64,000 bases of DNA from an uncultured Thermus sp. Lineage in GTDB: Bacteria > Deinococcota > Deinococci > Deinococcales > Thermaceae. The notes beneath the pieces were generated by a model that was given only the letters and a program-made list of their open reading frames with translations, was not told the DNA's origin and made no database searches. Below, in pieces: positions 40,764-50,689 of the stretch. The DNA lies in assembly GCA_947085095.1 (NCBI GenBank), contig CAMTVD010000006.1, positions 34,587-98,586 of the forward strand, read 5' to 3'. Made by a program: the position numbers and the translations under genes. Within the stretch, counting starts at the first letter, position 1; each line of letters starts with the position of its first letter.

Positions 40764-40772
40764 GCCCTGAGT

Positions 40773-41591
40773 CTACAGAAAGAGGGGCCAGGGGGAAGGG
40801 GGGATAAGCCCCCTGGCCTCCGCCTCAGCGAAGAGCCGCTCCACCGCCCTTTCGCCCTCCTCCCCCACGTCCAGGCTGTAGGCGTTCACGTAGGTGCGCA
40901 CGTGGGCCCAGATCACCTCCTCGGAAAGCTCCTGGGCGTGGGCCTTGAGGTAGGGAAGGGTCTCCTCGGGATGGGCCCAGGCGTACTCCAGGCTCCGCCG
41001 CACCGCCTGGTCCAGGGCGCGGATAAGCTCCTCCCCCAGGTCGCGCCGGGCCAGGATAGCCCCCAGGGGCAGGGGCAGGCCCGTCTCCCCCTCCCACCAC
41101 GCCCCCAGGTCCAGAAGCTGCATCAGGCCGTACTGGGGATAGGTGAAGCGGCTTTCGTGGATGATGAGCCCCGCCTCCACCTCCCCCTGGGCCACCAGGG
41201 GCAGGATGCGATCGTAGCGCACCTCCACCGGTTCAAAGCCTTCGGCATAGAGGGAGAGGAGCAGGAAAGCGGTGGTGTTCCGCCCGGGAATGGCCACCCG
41301 CGCCCCCTGGAGGCTTTTCAGGGGCCTTGAGGCCACCACCAGGGGGCCCACCCCCCGGCCCAAGGCCCCGCCGCTCCTCAGGGCCACGTACCGGTCCCGC
41401 ACCCGGCCGTAGGCGGCGTAGGAGAGCTTGGTGAGGGGAAGCCTCCCCTCCAGGGCCCAGCGGTTCAGGGTTTCCACATCCTCCAAAACGGCCTCCACGG
41501 GACGGGGGCTTTCCACCAGGCCGTGGGTCAGGGCGTAGAAGATGAAGGTGTCGTTGGGGCAGGGAGAGTAGCCCAGCTTCAGGGCGTCCAT
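40773..41591 (-). CDS. mqnD: 1,4-dihydroxy-6-naphthoate synthase (futalosine pathway)
   Basis: SPCPNDTF, DVETLN, GRGVGPL, IIHESRFTY and LPLPLG. Confidence 0.93.
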   Translation of the reverse strand: MDALKLGYSPCPNDTFIFYALTHGLVESPRPVEAVLEDVETLNRWALEGRLPLTKLSYAAYGRVRDRYVALRSGGALGRGVGPLVVASRPLKSLQGARVAIPGRNTTAFLLLSLYAEGFEPVEVRYDRILPLVAQGEVEAGLIIHESRFTYPQYGLMQLLDLGAWWEGETGLPLPLGAILARRDLGEELIRALDQAVRRSLEYAWAHPEETLPYLKAHAQELSEEVIWAHVRTYVNAYSLDVGEEGERAVERLFAEAEARGLIPPSPWPLFL

Positions 41592-41596
41592 GGGTT

Positions 41597-44365
41597 CTAC
41601 TGTACCCCCTTGAGGGCCTTCTTGAAGATCTCGGGGGCGAAGGCCTTCAGGGCCCTAAGGAACCCCGTGGCCCCCCGGGCCCGCCCGGGAATCACGTGGA
41701 CCGGCACCCCTAGGCGCTCCGCCTCCAGGCGCACCGGCTCGGAGAGGTCATGGCCCACGTAGCTGGAGACGATCATGAGACCGTGGGCCCTCTCCAAACG
41801 GCCCAGGATGCGCCTCAGGGCCTCCTTGCCCACCCCGGCGCTGTCGGCATCGTACCAGTCCACCTTGAGGCCCCGGGCCTCCAGAAAGGGGAGGAGGCGG
41901 CTTCGGAGCTGGGTGTGCCCCCCCACCACCAGGAGGTGCTCCCCGTGGAAGCGGGGTAAAGCCTCCTCCAGAAGCTCCTCCTTGCCCTCGGGGAGCCCGG
42001 GAGCCTCCTCCCCCAGGGCCTTGAGCCCCCGCCCGATCCCCTTGAGCTCCTCCAGGTAAAGGCCCAGGCTCTCGTCGTGGGGCCGGAGGAAGAGGAGGTT
42101 TCTCAGGATTTCCCGGGAAAGCTCCAGGTCCTTCTCCCGGTAGAGGGCCACCTCCAAGGCCTTCTGCCAGTACTCCGCCGCTTGGCGCCACTGGCCCTGG
42201 ACCTCGTGGTGCTCCGCCAGGTCAAAGAGGACCTCGAGGGCCTGGGGGTGGTCCCGGTGCTCGGCCAGGAGGATCCCTTCCGCCTCCTCTACCCGCCCCG
42301 CCCCGTAAAGGGCCGCCAGATACTGGCCCCGCACCGCCTGGGCCTCGGGGCTTTCCCGGAAGGAGCGGGAGAGGCGGTAGGCCAGGGAGAGGAGCTCCAG
42401 GGGGGGGCTGGGGGTGCGGCCCAAGGCCTGGTAGAGCAGGTTGAAGGCGGCCCAAGGGCCCTCGAGGCGCTCCAGAAGCGCAAGCAGGCCCATGAGGTCC
42501 TCCTCCGCCACCTCGGCCAGCCCCGCGTCCCGGGCCCGGGAGAGGAGCTCGCGGGCCATCACCTCCTCCCCCCCCTTGAGGGCCTCCTGGGCCAGGCGGA
42601 AGAGGTAGGAGGCGGGGTAGGCCCGGTGGGCGTGGGCCCGCTTGTGGTCCCCCAGGACCTCCCGCAAGGGGCGCTTGAGGGCCCGCTTCACCTCGGCCAG
42701 GTGGTGGAAGGCCATGCCCGCCACCTCCCCCTCCCCGTGCTGGGCGGCCCTCTCCAAAAGGCGCAGAGCCTCGAGGAAGCGCCCCTCCCGCTCGCGGAGC
42801 ACCCCGAGGAGGAGGAGGGCCTCAGGGATCTCCACCCGGGCCAGGGCCTCGGTGAGGTAGGGCTCCACCCCCTTCAGGTCCTCCTTCACCGTCCCCCGGT
42901 AGTCCAAGGGGGAACGCAGGCGCAGGTGGGTCAGGGCCAGTCCCAAAAAGCCCTCCGCTTCGTCCAGGTCGGCAAGCCTCCTGGCGTAGCGCTCCGCCCG
43001 GGCGAAAAGCCCCTGAAGGAGGGCCGCCCTTAGCCCCAGCCGGAGCATCTCCCGGGTGAGGAGACCAGGGGAGAGGTCCTCCACGAACTCCGCCCGGCGG
43101 CTCACCTCGGCCCACTCCCCCTCCCGGGCGAAGCGGCGCATGCGCTCATGGATGCGCTCCAGGGCCTCCCGCACGTAGACCTCCGCCTCGGGAAGCCCCG
43201 ACTCCACGAACTGCCTCAGGGCATCCGCATACCTCCCCTCCGCCAGGTAGACCCTGCCCAGGGCCAGGCGGTACCGCCCGCCCCGGGAGGCCAGGCCCTC
43301 GAGGCGGCGCCTGGCCCGCTCGTACTCCCCAAGCTCCACCAGCACTAAAGCCCTGAGGTCCTCCGCCTCCTCGGAGAAGGCCCGCTTCAGGGCCTCTTCC
43401 GCCTCGGCGAAGCGGGAGAGGGCGTAAAGGGCCCGCCCCCGGAGGTAGGCCGCCTCCCCTTCCGCCTCCTCGGGGATGCGGGAAAGCACCTCCTTGTAGG
43501 CCCCCCGTTCCAAAAGGGCCCGCACCTCCTCCAGGTCCATCCCCTGGACCAAGAGGGGCACGGGCTCCGCCAAAAGCTCCTCCAGGGCCTCCTCCTCCCA
43601 AAAGGCCGCCTCGAGGGCCTGGGGCCTGCGGGCCAGGACCAGGAAATACTCCCCCTCCCCCACCCGCTCCACCTCCAAAAAGCCCAAGCGCCTCAGCCCC
43701 TCCTCCACCCCCTCGGGGCTCTTCCCCAAAAAGGGCCCGTGGCCGTAGACGAAGAGCCCCCCCGGCCTTAAGAGGCGCACGAACTGGGGCAGGCGCTCAA
43801 AAAAGGAAAAGCGCTTCCAGAAGGCCTCGGGGGGCAGGCGGCTCTCCAGCTCCTGGTCCACCAGGCCCTCGGGAAAGACGGAGAGGAGGAGGAGGGTATC
43901 AAAGGGCGGCAGCTCCGCCTCCTCCGCCCAGCCCAGGTGCCAAGTAACCTCCGGCACCCGCTTCCTTCCCACCTCCACCGCCTCCTCCACCCCCTCCAGG
44001 GCGTGCCAGGGGAGCTCCGGGCGCTTCCCCTGAAGGTAGCCCACCAGGGCCCCGGTGAAGGCCCCCACCTCCAGCACCCGGCCCTCCACCCGGTGGGGCA
44101 CCTCCTTGGCGTAGAACTCCAGGAAGGGGAGGTGCATGCCGTAGACCAAGGCCTCCCCCTTGGGAACCTTGAGGACCTCCTCGTAAAAACTTCGCACCGC
44201 CTCCCGCCCACCCCCGGAAAGGTAGGCCCGCCAGGCCCTGAGGAGGGGGGCCCTTCTGGCGGGACTCCCCACCCGCTTGGCCAGCTCGGCTTCAAAGCGC
44301 CCCGGGGCCAAGGGCCCCAGGACGCCGAAACGCTCCTTCAGGTAAAGCCTAAGCTCGTCCGGCAT
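41597..44365 (-). CDS. Large protein: SAM-methyltransferase-like N-domain, TPR repeats, DUF2325-like C-domain
   Basis: VLEVGAFTG...ALEG motif I/II-like region; long helical repeats; C-terminal LVVGG...SSYVGH. Confidence 0.75.
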   Translation of the reverse strand: MPDELRLYLKERFGVLGPLAPGRFEAELAKRVGSPARRAPLLRAWRAYLSGGGREAVRSFYEEVLKVPKGEALVYGMHLPFLEFYAKEVPHRVEGRVLEVGAFTGALVGYLQGKRPELPWHALEGVEEAVEVGRKRVPEVTWHLGWAEEAELPPFDTLLLLSVFPEGLVDQELESRLPPEAFWKRFSFFERLPQFVRLLRPGGLFVYGHGPFLGKSPEGVEEGLRRLGFLEVERVGEGEYFLVLARRPQALEAAFWEEEALEELLAEPVPLLVQGMDLEEVRALLERGAYKEVLSRIPEEAEGEAAYLRGRALYALSRFAEAEEALKRAFSEEAEDLRALVLVELGEYERARRRLEGLASRGGRYRLALGRVYLAEGRYADALRQFVESGLPEAEVYVREALERIHERMRRFAREGEWAEVSRRAEFVEDLSPGLLTREMLRLGLRAALLQGLFARAERYARRLADLDEAEGFLGLALTHLRLRSPLDYRGTVKEDLKGVEPYLTEALARVEIPEALLLLGVLREREGRFLEALRLLERAAQHGEGEVAGMAFHHLAEVKRALKRPLREVLGDHKRAHAHRAYPASYLFRLAQEALKGGEEVMARELLSRARDAGLAEVAEEDLMGLLALLERLEGPWAAFNLLYQALGRTPSPPLELLSLAYRLSRSFRESPEAQAVRGQYLAALYGAGRVEEAEGILLAEHRDHPQALEVLFDLAEHHEVQGQWRQAAEYWQKALEVALYREKDLELSREILRNLLFLRPHDESLGLYLEELKGIGRGLKALGEEAPGLPEGKEELLEEALPRFHGEHLLVVGGHTQLRSRLLPFLEARGLKVDWYDADSAGVGKEALRRILGRLERAHGLMIVSSYVGHDLSEPVRLEAERLGVPVHVIPGRARGATGFLRALKAFAPEIFKKALKGVQ

Positions 44366-44404
44366 TTACCGGGAGTTTACCAAACCTCCCGGGAAGATGC
44401 CAGG

Positions 44405-45427
44405 CTAAGCGGGGACCTCCGCCCGAAAGAGGTCGGCGTAGCGGCGCTTGGCCCGCATGGGGGCCCGGTGCCAGACGTAGGAGGCCAGGAGGGGGAAGGC
44501 CAAGGTGGCCTCGGCGAAGACCATCTGGGAAAGGGCGGCGTCCACCTTGCCCCAGCTCTGGGCCTCGGAGAGGGTGGAGCCGGAAAGCCCCCCGTCCCTC
44601 TCGTCGGCCACGGTGATCTGGATGGCGTACTTGTGCATCTCCACCTGGTGGCCCAGGACCTCGGCGGCCACCACGATGTCCTGGGCGAAGTTCTTGGGCA
44701 CCCCGCCCCCCAGCATGACCAGGCCCGTGGTCCCCGCCTTCAGCTTGATCTCGGTGAGCTCGCGGAAGTCGGCCACGGAATCTATGGCCACGTGGGCCTT
44801 GGGGTTTTTCACCTGGTGGTAGACGAGGCCGAAGCCCGCCGAGGAGTCGGAGAAGGCGGGGACGAAGATGGGCACCCCCTCCTCATAGGCGGCCCGCACG
44901 ATGCTCTTCTCCCCCAGGCCCCTTTCGGCCAGGTAACGGCCCATGTGCCAGATGAACTCCCGGCTGGAGTAAGGACGGGGCGGGAGGGCGTCGGCGATCT
45001 CAGCGATGGTGTAGTCCGTGTGGCGGAGCTCCTCCTCGTCAATGTAGGTGTCGTAGATGCGGTCAATCCAAAGCCGCCTCAGGGTCTCGTCGTCGGCCTT
45101 GGGGTCCCCCTGGTAGTGGCGGTGGCCCAGGGCCTCAAAGAAGTCCTGGTCCACGATGTTGGCCCCTGTGGCCACGATGGCGTCCACCAGGCCCTTCCTG
45201 ATGAGGTCGTGGATGATGAGGCCCTGGCCGGCGGAAACCAGGCTCCCCGCCAGGGTGAGGATGACGGCGGCCTCATCCTCCAGCATCCTGAGGTAGATCT
45301 CCGCCGCCCGGTGGAGGTTCCTGGCCTGGAAGGCCGTCTTGCCCATGGCCTCCAGGATGGGCCCGGCGTCAAAGGCCTTGATGTCAATGGGGACCACGGG
45401 CGTAGAGAGGAGGTCCTTCTTCTCCAT
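44405..45427 (-). CDS. Deoxyhypusine synthase-like protein (likely homospermidine synthesis)
   Basis: FQA..L, GGGVPKN and DGGLSGST.SEA.SWGK (catalytic Lys present). Confidence 0.9.
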   Translation of the reverse strand: MEKKDLLSTPVVPIDIKAFDAGPILEAMGKTAFQARNLHRAAEIYLRMLEDEAAVILTLAGSLVSAGQGLIIHDLIRKGLVDAIVATGANIVDQDFFEALGHRHYQGDPKADDETLRRLWIDRIYDTYIDEEELRHTDYTIAEIADALPPRPYSSREFIWHMGRYLAERGLGEKSIVRAAYEEGVPIFVPAFSDSSAGFGLVYHQVKNPKAHVAIDSVADFRELTEIKLKAGTTGLVMLGGGVPKNFAQDIVVAAEVLGHQVEMHKYAIQITVADERDGGLSGSTLSEAQSWGKVDAALSQMVFAEATLAFPLLASYVWHRAPMRAKRRYADLFRAEVPA

Positions 45428-45710
45428 GCTTCTCCTTTCTACGCGGGGTGGGCGTTGGGCGGCTCCCCCCCTTTCGCGCCCCCTGCCCCTTGCGGCAGGA
45501 CCCTAAGTATACCACCCCCCGGATGGGAGGGTAGACCTCCAAAATCCCCTCCACCTCCTCGTCCAGGCCCACCACCCGGTTTGCCACCGCCAGAAGCCAG
45601 GCCTCCTCCAGGGGGATGCCTAGCTTCTCCAGGGCCTCCCTCGGGGTCCTGGCCTCCACCTCCAGGCGTTCCCCAAACCGCCTCAGGTCCCCGTGGAGGA
45701 TCACCACCAT
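45384..45710 (-). pseudogene. MoaD/ThiS ubiquitin-like protein with disrupted C-terminal Gly-Gly
   Basis: MVVILHGDLRRF...LEKLGIP...AVANRVV.LD......LEVYPPI beta-grasp pattern. The frame then reads RGVV and runs into the DHS-like gene instead of ending -GG. Confidence 0.7.
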
Positions 45711-46597
45711 CAGTACCCCTCCCGCACCACGTTGAGAAGGGGCTCCCCCCGCAGGTACCGCTCCACCTGCTCCCGGAGGAAGCGGGCCGCCCGCCGGTTG
45801 AACCCCTGGGAAAGCCCCGCCACATGGGGGGTGAGGAGGAGGCCGGGGGCCCGCCATAGGGGATGGTCCTCGGGCAGGGGCTCGGGGTCGGTGACGTCCA
45901 GGGCGGCGCGAATCCGCCCCGCTCTGAGGACTTCCAAAAGGGCCTCGGTGTCCACCAGCCCCCCCCGCCCGGCGTTCACGAGGATGGCCCCCTCTTTCAT
46001 GGCCAGGAGGAAGTCCCGGTCCACAATCCGGTGGGTCTCGGGGGTGAGGGGAAGGAGGAGGACCACGGCGTCCGCCCGGGGGAGGAGGTGGGGCAGGTCC
46101 TCCCGGGTGTAGACCCCGGGCCGGGGGTGCTTGGCCACGGGGAGGACCTCCACCCCAAAGGGCTTAAGCCTCTTCTCCACCGCCCGCCCGAGGGAACCGT
46201 AGCCCAAAAGGAGGACGGCCTTGCCCTCCAGGTCGGCAAGCCGCCTAGGGGCCCAGCGGGCCTCCTCCTGGGCCCTAAGGAAGCCCGGCAGGTCCTTGAG
46301 GAGGGCCAGGAGGGCCATCACCACCCACTCGGCCACAGGGGCATCGTGGATGCCGGAGCCGTCGCAGAGGACCACCCCCGGGGGGACAAGGGGCAGGATC
46401 CAGTCCACCCCCGCGGAAAGGGTCTGGACCACCTTGACCTCCACCGCCTCCAGCACCTTGCGCACCACCTCCTCCTGGCCGAAGGGGGGGATGAAGAGGT
46501 CCACCGCCTTGGGCCAGGGTTCGTCCAAAGGGCGCACCTCCACCCCCTCCGGCAGGAGGGCGAAGACCTCTCTAAGCCTCGGGGCTAAAATCCTCAC
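45710..46597 (-). CDS. D-2-hydroxyacid dehydrogenase
   Basis: SAGVD, GYGSLG, NAGRG, LDVTDPEP and TPHVAG; GGAGG SD before GTG 46597. Confidence 0.92.
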   Translation of the reverse strand: MRILAPRLREVFALLPEGVEVRPLDEPWPKAVDLFIPPFGQEEVVRKVLEAVEVKVVQTLSAGVDWILPLVPPGVVLCDGSGIHDAPVAEWVVMALLALLKDLPGFLRAQEEARWAPRRLADLEGKAVLLLGYGSLGRAVEKRLKPFGVEVLPVAKHPRPGVYTREDLPHLLPRADAVVLLLPLTPETHRIVDRDFLLAMKEGAILVNAGRGGLVDTEALLEVLRAGRIRAALDVTDPEPLPEDHPLWRAPGLLLTPHVAGLSQGFNRRAARFLREQVERYLRGEPLLNVVREGY

Positions 46598-47102
46598 GGC
46601 GCACCTCCATGTACACGTCCTCCCTCCCCTTGGGGCCAGGGCCCACACCCACTTCCCGAAAACCCGCCTTCTCAAAGGCCCGCCTGGCTCTCAGGTTGTG
46701 GGCGAAGGTGCGGAGCTTCACCCGCTTCAGGCCCAAAGGACCGAAGGCGTAGGCCAAGAGGGCCCGCACCGCCTCGGTGCCGTAGCCCTGGCCCCAGCGG
46801 TCCTTGCGGCCGATCAGGATGCCCAAGGTGGCCTGCTCCCCAGGGACGAGATCGTAGAGTTCCGCCGTCCCCAGGTACCGCTCCCCCTCGTCCAGGATGG
46901 CGAAGGCCAGGCGGTCTTTTCGCCTGGTTTCCGCCAGGACGAAACGCTTGAAGAGCCAAAATGGGGTGCGCAGGGGGCTTGAGCCGTTCCACTCGGCGAT
47001 CTCGGGGTCGCGGAAGGTCTCGTAAAGCCCCCTCCACTCCTCCTCGGAAAGCCCGGCGGAGAAGGGCTTCAGCACCACCCGGCCAAAGCGGGGCCAGTCC
47101 AC
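46572..47102 (-). CDS. GNAT (RimJ/RimL-like) acetyltransferase
   Basis: WGQGYGTEA and N.RARRAFEKAGF; start GTG 47102 (TTG 47105 also possible). Confidence 0.88.
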   Translation of the reverse strand: MDWPRFGRVVLKPFSAGLSEEEWRGLYETFRDPEIAEWNGSSPLRTPFWLFKRFVLAETRRKDRLAFAILDEGERYLGTAELYDLVPGEQATLGILIGRKDRWGQGYGTEAVRALLAYAFGPLGLKRVKLRTFAHNLRARRAFEKAGFREVGVGPGPKGREDVYMEVRREDFSPEA

Positions 47103-47112
47103 CAAGAAAAGC

Positions 47113-48387
47113 TTACGGGTAAAGGCCCCGGAGGGCGCGGGCCTCGAGGACCCGGGTGGCCGCCACCACATAGGCGGCGGTGCGCAAGGAGATCTTCTTC
47201 TCCTCCGCCATCTGCCACACCGCCTCAAGGGCGTTCCGCAGCACCCTTTCCAGGCGGGCGTTGATCTCCTCCTCGGTCCAGAAGTAGGAGTTGAAGTCCT
47301 GGACCCACTCAAAGTAGCTCACGGTCACGCCCCCGGCGTTGGCGATCACATCCGGCACCACCAGGACCCCCTTCTCCTGGAGGATGTCGTCGGCGGCGGG
47401 GGTGGTGGGGCCGTTGGCCCCCTCGGCCAGGATTTTGGCCTGGATGCGCCAGGCGTTGTGCTCGGTGATCTGCTTCTCCAGGGCAGCGGGGATCAGGAAC
47501 TCCGTGGGGATGGCCCAGAACTCGGCGCTGGGCAGGGGCTCGGCCTTGGGGTAGCCCCGCACTCCCCCCATCTCGGCCACGTAGCGCGAGAGGTCGTAAG
47601 GGTCAATGCCCGCCTCATGGTAGATGGTCCCCGTGTGGTCCTGGACAGCGATGATCCGGGCCCCGTGGTCGTGGAAGATGCGGGCGGCGGCGTTGCCCAC
47701 GTTGCCGAAGCCCTGGAGGACGACCCGGCTGCCCTCCACGGGCAGGCCGACCTTGGCGGCGGCGGCGGCGGCGGTGACGAAGACCCCCCGCCCCGTGGCG
47801 TCCCGCCGGCCCAGGGACCCCCCCAAGGCGATGGGCTTCCCCGTCACCACCCCGGGGACGGTGCGCCCCACGTTCATGGAGAAGGTGTCCATCATCCAGG
47901 CCATCTCCCGCTCTCCCGTGTTCACGTCGGGGGCGGGGATGTCCCGGTCCGGCCCCAGGAGGGTGCCGATCTCCGAGGTGTACCGCCGGGTGAGGCGCTC
48001 CAGCTCGTGGCTGGAAAGTTTCTTGGGATCCACCCGGATCCCCCCCTTGCCCCCGCCATAGGGCAGACCCACGGCGGCGTTCTTGATGGTCATCCAGGCG
48101 GCCAGGGCCATGACCTCGGAGAGGGTCACCTCGGGGTGGTAGCGCACCCCGCCTTTGGCGGGCCCGCGGGCGGTGTTGTGGTGCACCCGGTAGCCCTCAA
48201 AGTGGGCCACGGTGCCGTCGTCCATGTGGATGGGCACGTCCACGATGAGGACGCGTTTGGGTCTTTTCAGGCTCTCCGCCAAGGGAGCAAGCCGCCCCAG
48301 GTAGGGGATGACCCGGTCTATCTGTTCGGTGAAGATCTCCCATGGACCGCCGTCCTTGCCCAGGTAGGAAAGGGGTTCGCTCTTCAT
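47113..48387 (-). CDS. gdhB: Glutamate dehydrogenase, catalytic subunit
   Basis: GPAKGG, GGGKGG, PAPDVNT, QGFGNVG, EGANGP and NAGGV.VSYFEW. Confidence 0.93.
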   Translation of the reverse strand: MKSEPLSYLGKDGGPWEIFTEQIDRVIPYLGRLAPLAESLKRPKRVLIVDVPIHMDDGTVAHFEGYRVHHNTARGPAKGGVRYHPEVTLSEVMALAAWMTIKNAAVGLPYGGGKGGIRVDPKKLSSHELERLTRRYTSEIGTLLGPDRDIPAPDVNTGEREMAWMMDTFSMNVGRTVPGVVTGKPIALGGSLGRRDATGRGVFVTAAAAAAKVGLPVEGSRVVLQGFGNVGNAAARIFHDHGARIIAVQDHTGTIYHEAGIDPYDLSRYVAEMGGVRGYPKAEPLPSAEFWAIPTEFLIPAALEKQITEHNAWRIQAKILAEGANGPTTPAADDILQEKGVLVVPDVIANAGGVTVSYFEWVQDFNSYFWTEEEINARLERVLRNALEAVWQMAEEKKISLRTAAYVVAATRVLEARALRGLYP

Positions 48388-48398
48388 ACACGCTCCTT

Positions 48399-49658
48399 TT
48401 AGGGATAGACGCCGCGAAGCCGCGTGGCCTCGTTCAGCCTTTCCAGGGCCAGGGCCAAGGCCCCGGTGCGCAGGTCGCCATTAAGGGCCTCCGCCTTGGC
48501 GCACACCTCGGCCACCGCCTTGGCCACGCTCTTGGCGAAGCTCTGCCGCACCTCCTCCTCGCTCCAGAAGAACATGTTGAGGTCCTGCACCCACTCCAAG
48601 TAGCTTGCGAGAAGCCCCCCGCCCCCGGTGAGGAGATCGGGCACCACCATGACCCCCTTGCCCAGGAGGTAGGCCTCCGCCTCCTGGGTGAGGCCGAAGT
48701 TGGCGGCCTCCAGGACCGCCTTGGCCTGGAGCGCCTTAGCCCCCTCTTCGTCCAGGGCCCCCTCGAGGGCCGCCAGGACCAGATAGTCCACGGGCAGGGC
48801 GAAAAGCTCCTCTGGGGAAAGGTCGTACCGGGGAAGCTCCCCGGTGGCCTCGTAATGGCGGAGCACCGCCTCCACGGGCAGTCCCTCCTCCTGGTACATG
48901 GTCCCCCGGGAGGTGGAAACCGCCACCACCTTGAGCCCTAGGGCCGCCGCATGAAGGGCAAAGGTGCCCCCCACCTGGCCAAAGCCCTGGACCGCCACCC
49001 TGGCTCCCCGGAGGGGAAGCCCCCGCCTTTGGGAAAGCTCCAGGAGGACCCGGGCCACCCCGTACCCAGCGGCATCGTCCCGGCCCTCGGTACCCCCCAG
49101 GGCGTGGGGCTTGCCCGTGACCACCCCAGGCACCGTGGAGCCCACGGTCATGGAGTAGGTGTCCATGATCCAGGCCATCACCTGCTGGTCCGTGCCCACG
49201 TCCGGGCCCAGGATGTCAATGTCGGGGCCAATGAGGTTGACCAGCTCCGCGGTGTAGCGGCGCGTAAGCCGCTCCAGCTCCCTCTTGGAAAGCCCCCTGG
49301 GGTCCACGGCCACCCCCCCCGCCGCCCCCCCGAAGGGCAGATCGTAGACCGCGGCCTTGAGGGTCATCCAGGCGGCCAGGCCCGCCGTCTGCCCCAGGGT
49401 TACCCCGGGATGGAAGCGCACCCCTCCCTTGGCCGGCCCCCGGGCGATGTCGTGCACCACCCGGTAGCCCTGGAAGACCCGCACCTTGCCGTCGTCCATG
49501 ACCACCGGCAGGGAGACGGTGACGAGCCTTTTGGGGTGGGCCAGGTACTCCACCGTGGTGGGGTGGATCTCCGCCACCTTCAGGGTCTTCTCCAAACGCT
49601 CCAGGAAGGCGTCCCAAAGGCCGGGATCCTCCGGAGGGCGGTATGCGGGGATGGCCAT
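48399..49658 (-). CDS. gdhA: Glutamate dehydrogenase, regulatory (non-catalytic) subunit
   Basis: GDH fold but GGAAGG replaces GGGKGG; tandem with gdhB. Confidence 0.88.
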   Translation of the reverse strand: MAIPAYRPPEDPGLWDAFLERLEKTLKVAEIHPTTVEYLAHPKRLVTVSLPVVMDDGKVRVFQGYRVVHDIARGPAKGGVRFHPGVTLGQTAGLAAWMTLKAAVYDLPFGGAAGGVAVDPRGLSKRELERLTRRYTAELVNLIGPDIDILGPDVGTDQQVMAWIMDTYSMTVGSTVPGVVTGKPHALGGTEGRDDAAGYGVARVLLELSQRRGLPLRGARVAVQGFGQVGGTFALHAAALGLKVVAVSTSRGTMYQEEGLPVEAVLRHYEATGELPRYDLSPEELFALPVDYLVLAALEGALDEEGAKALQAKAVLEAANFGLTQEAEAYLLGKGVMVVPDLLTGGGGLLASYLEWVQDLNMFFWSEEEVRQSFAKSVAKAVAEVCAKAEALNGDLRTGALALALERLNEATRLRGVYP

Positions 49659-49706
49659 GCTCTCACCGAGGGGGATTATACCCTCCTGGAGGAGGGACAA
49701 ACCGCC

Positions 49707-50654
49707 CTAGGAAAGCCGCCTGGCCTCTTCCAAGGCGAGCTCCCGCAGGACCTCCTTGTGGGGGGAGTCGGGAAGGGGGTCCAAAGCTTCCACCGCCAGG
49801 AGGGCCCTCTCCCGGATCCGGGCCTCCACCTCCTCCGCCACCCCGCTTTCCCGGGCCAGGGCCCGGAGGCGCTCCAGATCGCCCTCCTCCCTGCCCTTCC
49901 GCCTCAGGATCTCCCGGGCCTCGGGGAAGCGCTCCATGAGGAGGAGGGTGATCAGGGTGGCCTTGCCCTCCCGCACATCCCCGCCCACCGGCTTGCCCAG
50001 GACCTCCGGGCTTCCCATGAGGTCCAGGTAGTCGTCCCGCATCTGGAAGGCCTGGCCGTAGTGGAGACCGAAGCGCCTGAGGGCCTGCCGCCCCTCCCCC
50101 TCCACCCCCTTGAGCACCGCCGGGCCCTCGGTGGCCAGGGCCATGAGGGCGGCGGTCTTGGCGGTGATGATCCTCTCGTAGTTTTCCAGGGAGTGGTCCT
50201 CGAGGGCCGCCACCTGGAACTGCAGCACCTCCCCTTCGGAGAGGACCCGGGCGGTCTCGGCAAACATCTCCACCAGCTCCAGCCTCCCCGTCTTGGCGAT
50301 GACGTGGAGGAGGCGGGAAAGGAGGAAGTCCCCGGAAAGGACGCTCACTGCGTTCCCATAGCGGCGGTAGGCGGCCTCCTTCCCCCGCCTAAGCTCCGCC
50401 TCGTCAATGAGGTCGTCGTGGAGGAGGGTGGCGGAGTGGAGGAGCTCCACCGCTAGGGCCAGCTCCAGCTCAAAGGGCGCTCCCCCGATGGCCCCCGAGG
50501 CCAGGAAGACGAGCCTTGGGCGGATCCGCTTCCCCCCCGCCGTCACCAGGTCCTGGTGGATGAGCTGGACGAAGAGGACCTCAGAGCGGACCAGCTCCGA
50601 GAGGGCCTGTTCAAAGGAGGCAAGTTTGGCCTCGAGGGATAGGGGCTTGACCAC
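49707..50654 (-). CDS. Polyprenyl diphosphate synthase
   Basis: GGKRIRP, LLHDDLID...RRG, KTA and FQMRDDYLD. Confidence 0.93.
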   Translation of the reverse strand: MVKPLSLEAKLASFEQALSELVRSEVLFVQLIHQDLVTAGGKRIRPRLVFLASGAIGGAPFELELALAVELLHSATLLHDDLIDEAELRRGKEAAYRRYGNAVSVLSGDFLLSRLLHVIAKTGRLELVEMFAETARVLSEGEVLQFQVAALEDHSLENYERIITAKTAALMALATEGPAVLKGVEGEGRQALRRFGLHYGQAFQMRDDYLDLMGSPEVLGKPVGGDVREGKATLITLLLMERFPEAREILRRKGREEGDLERLRALARESGVAEEVEARIRERALLAVEALDPLPDSPHKEVLRELALEEARRLS

Positions 50655-50689
50655 CCCCTGAGTATACCCCGCCCCACGCCAAGGACCTT

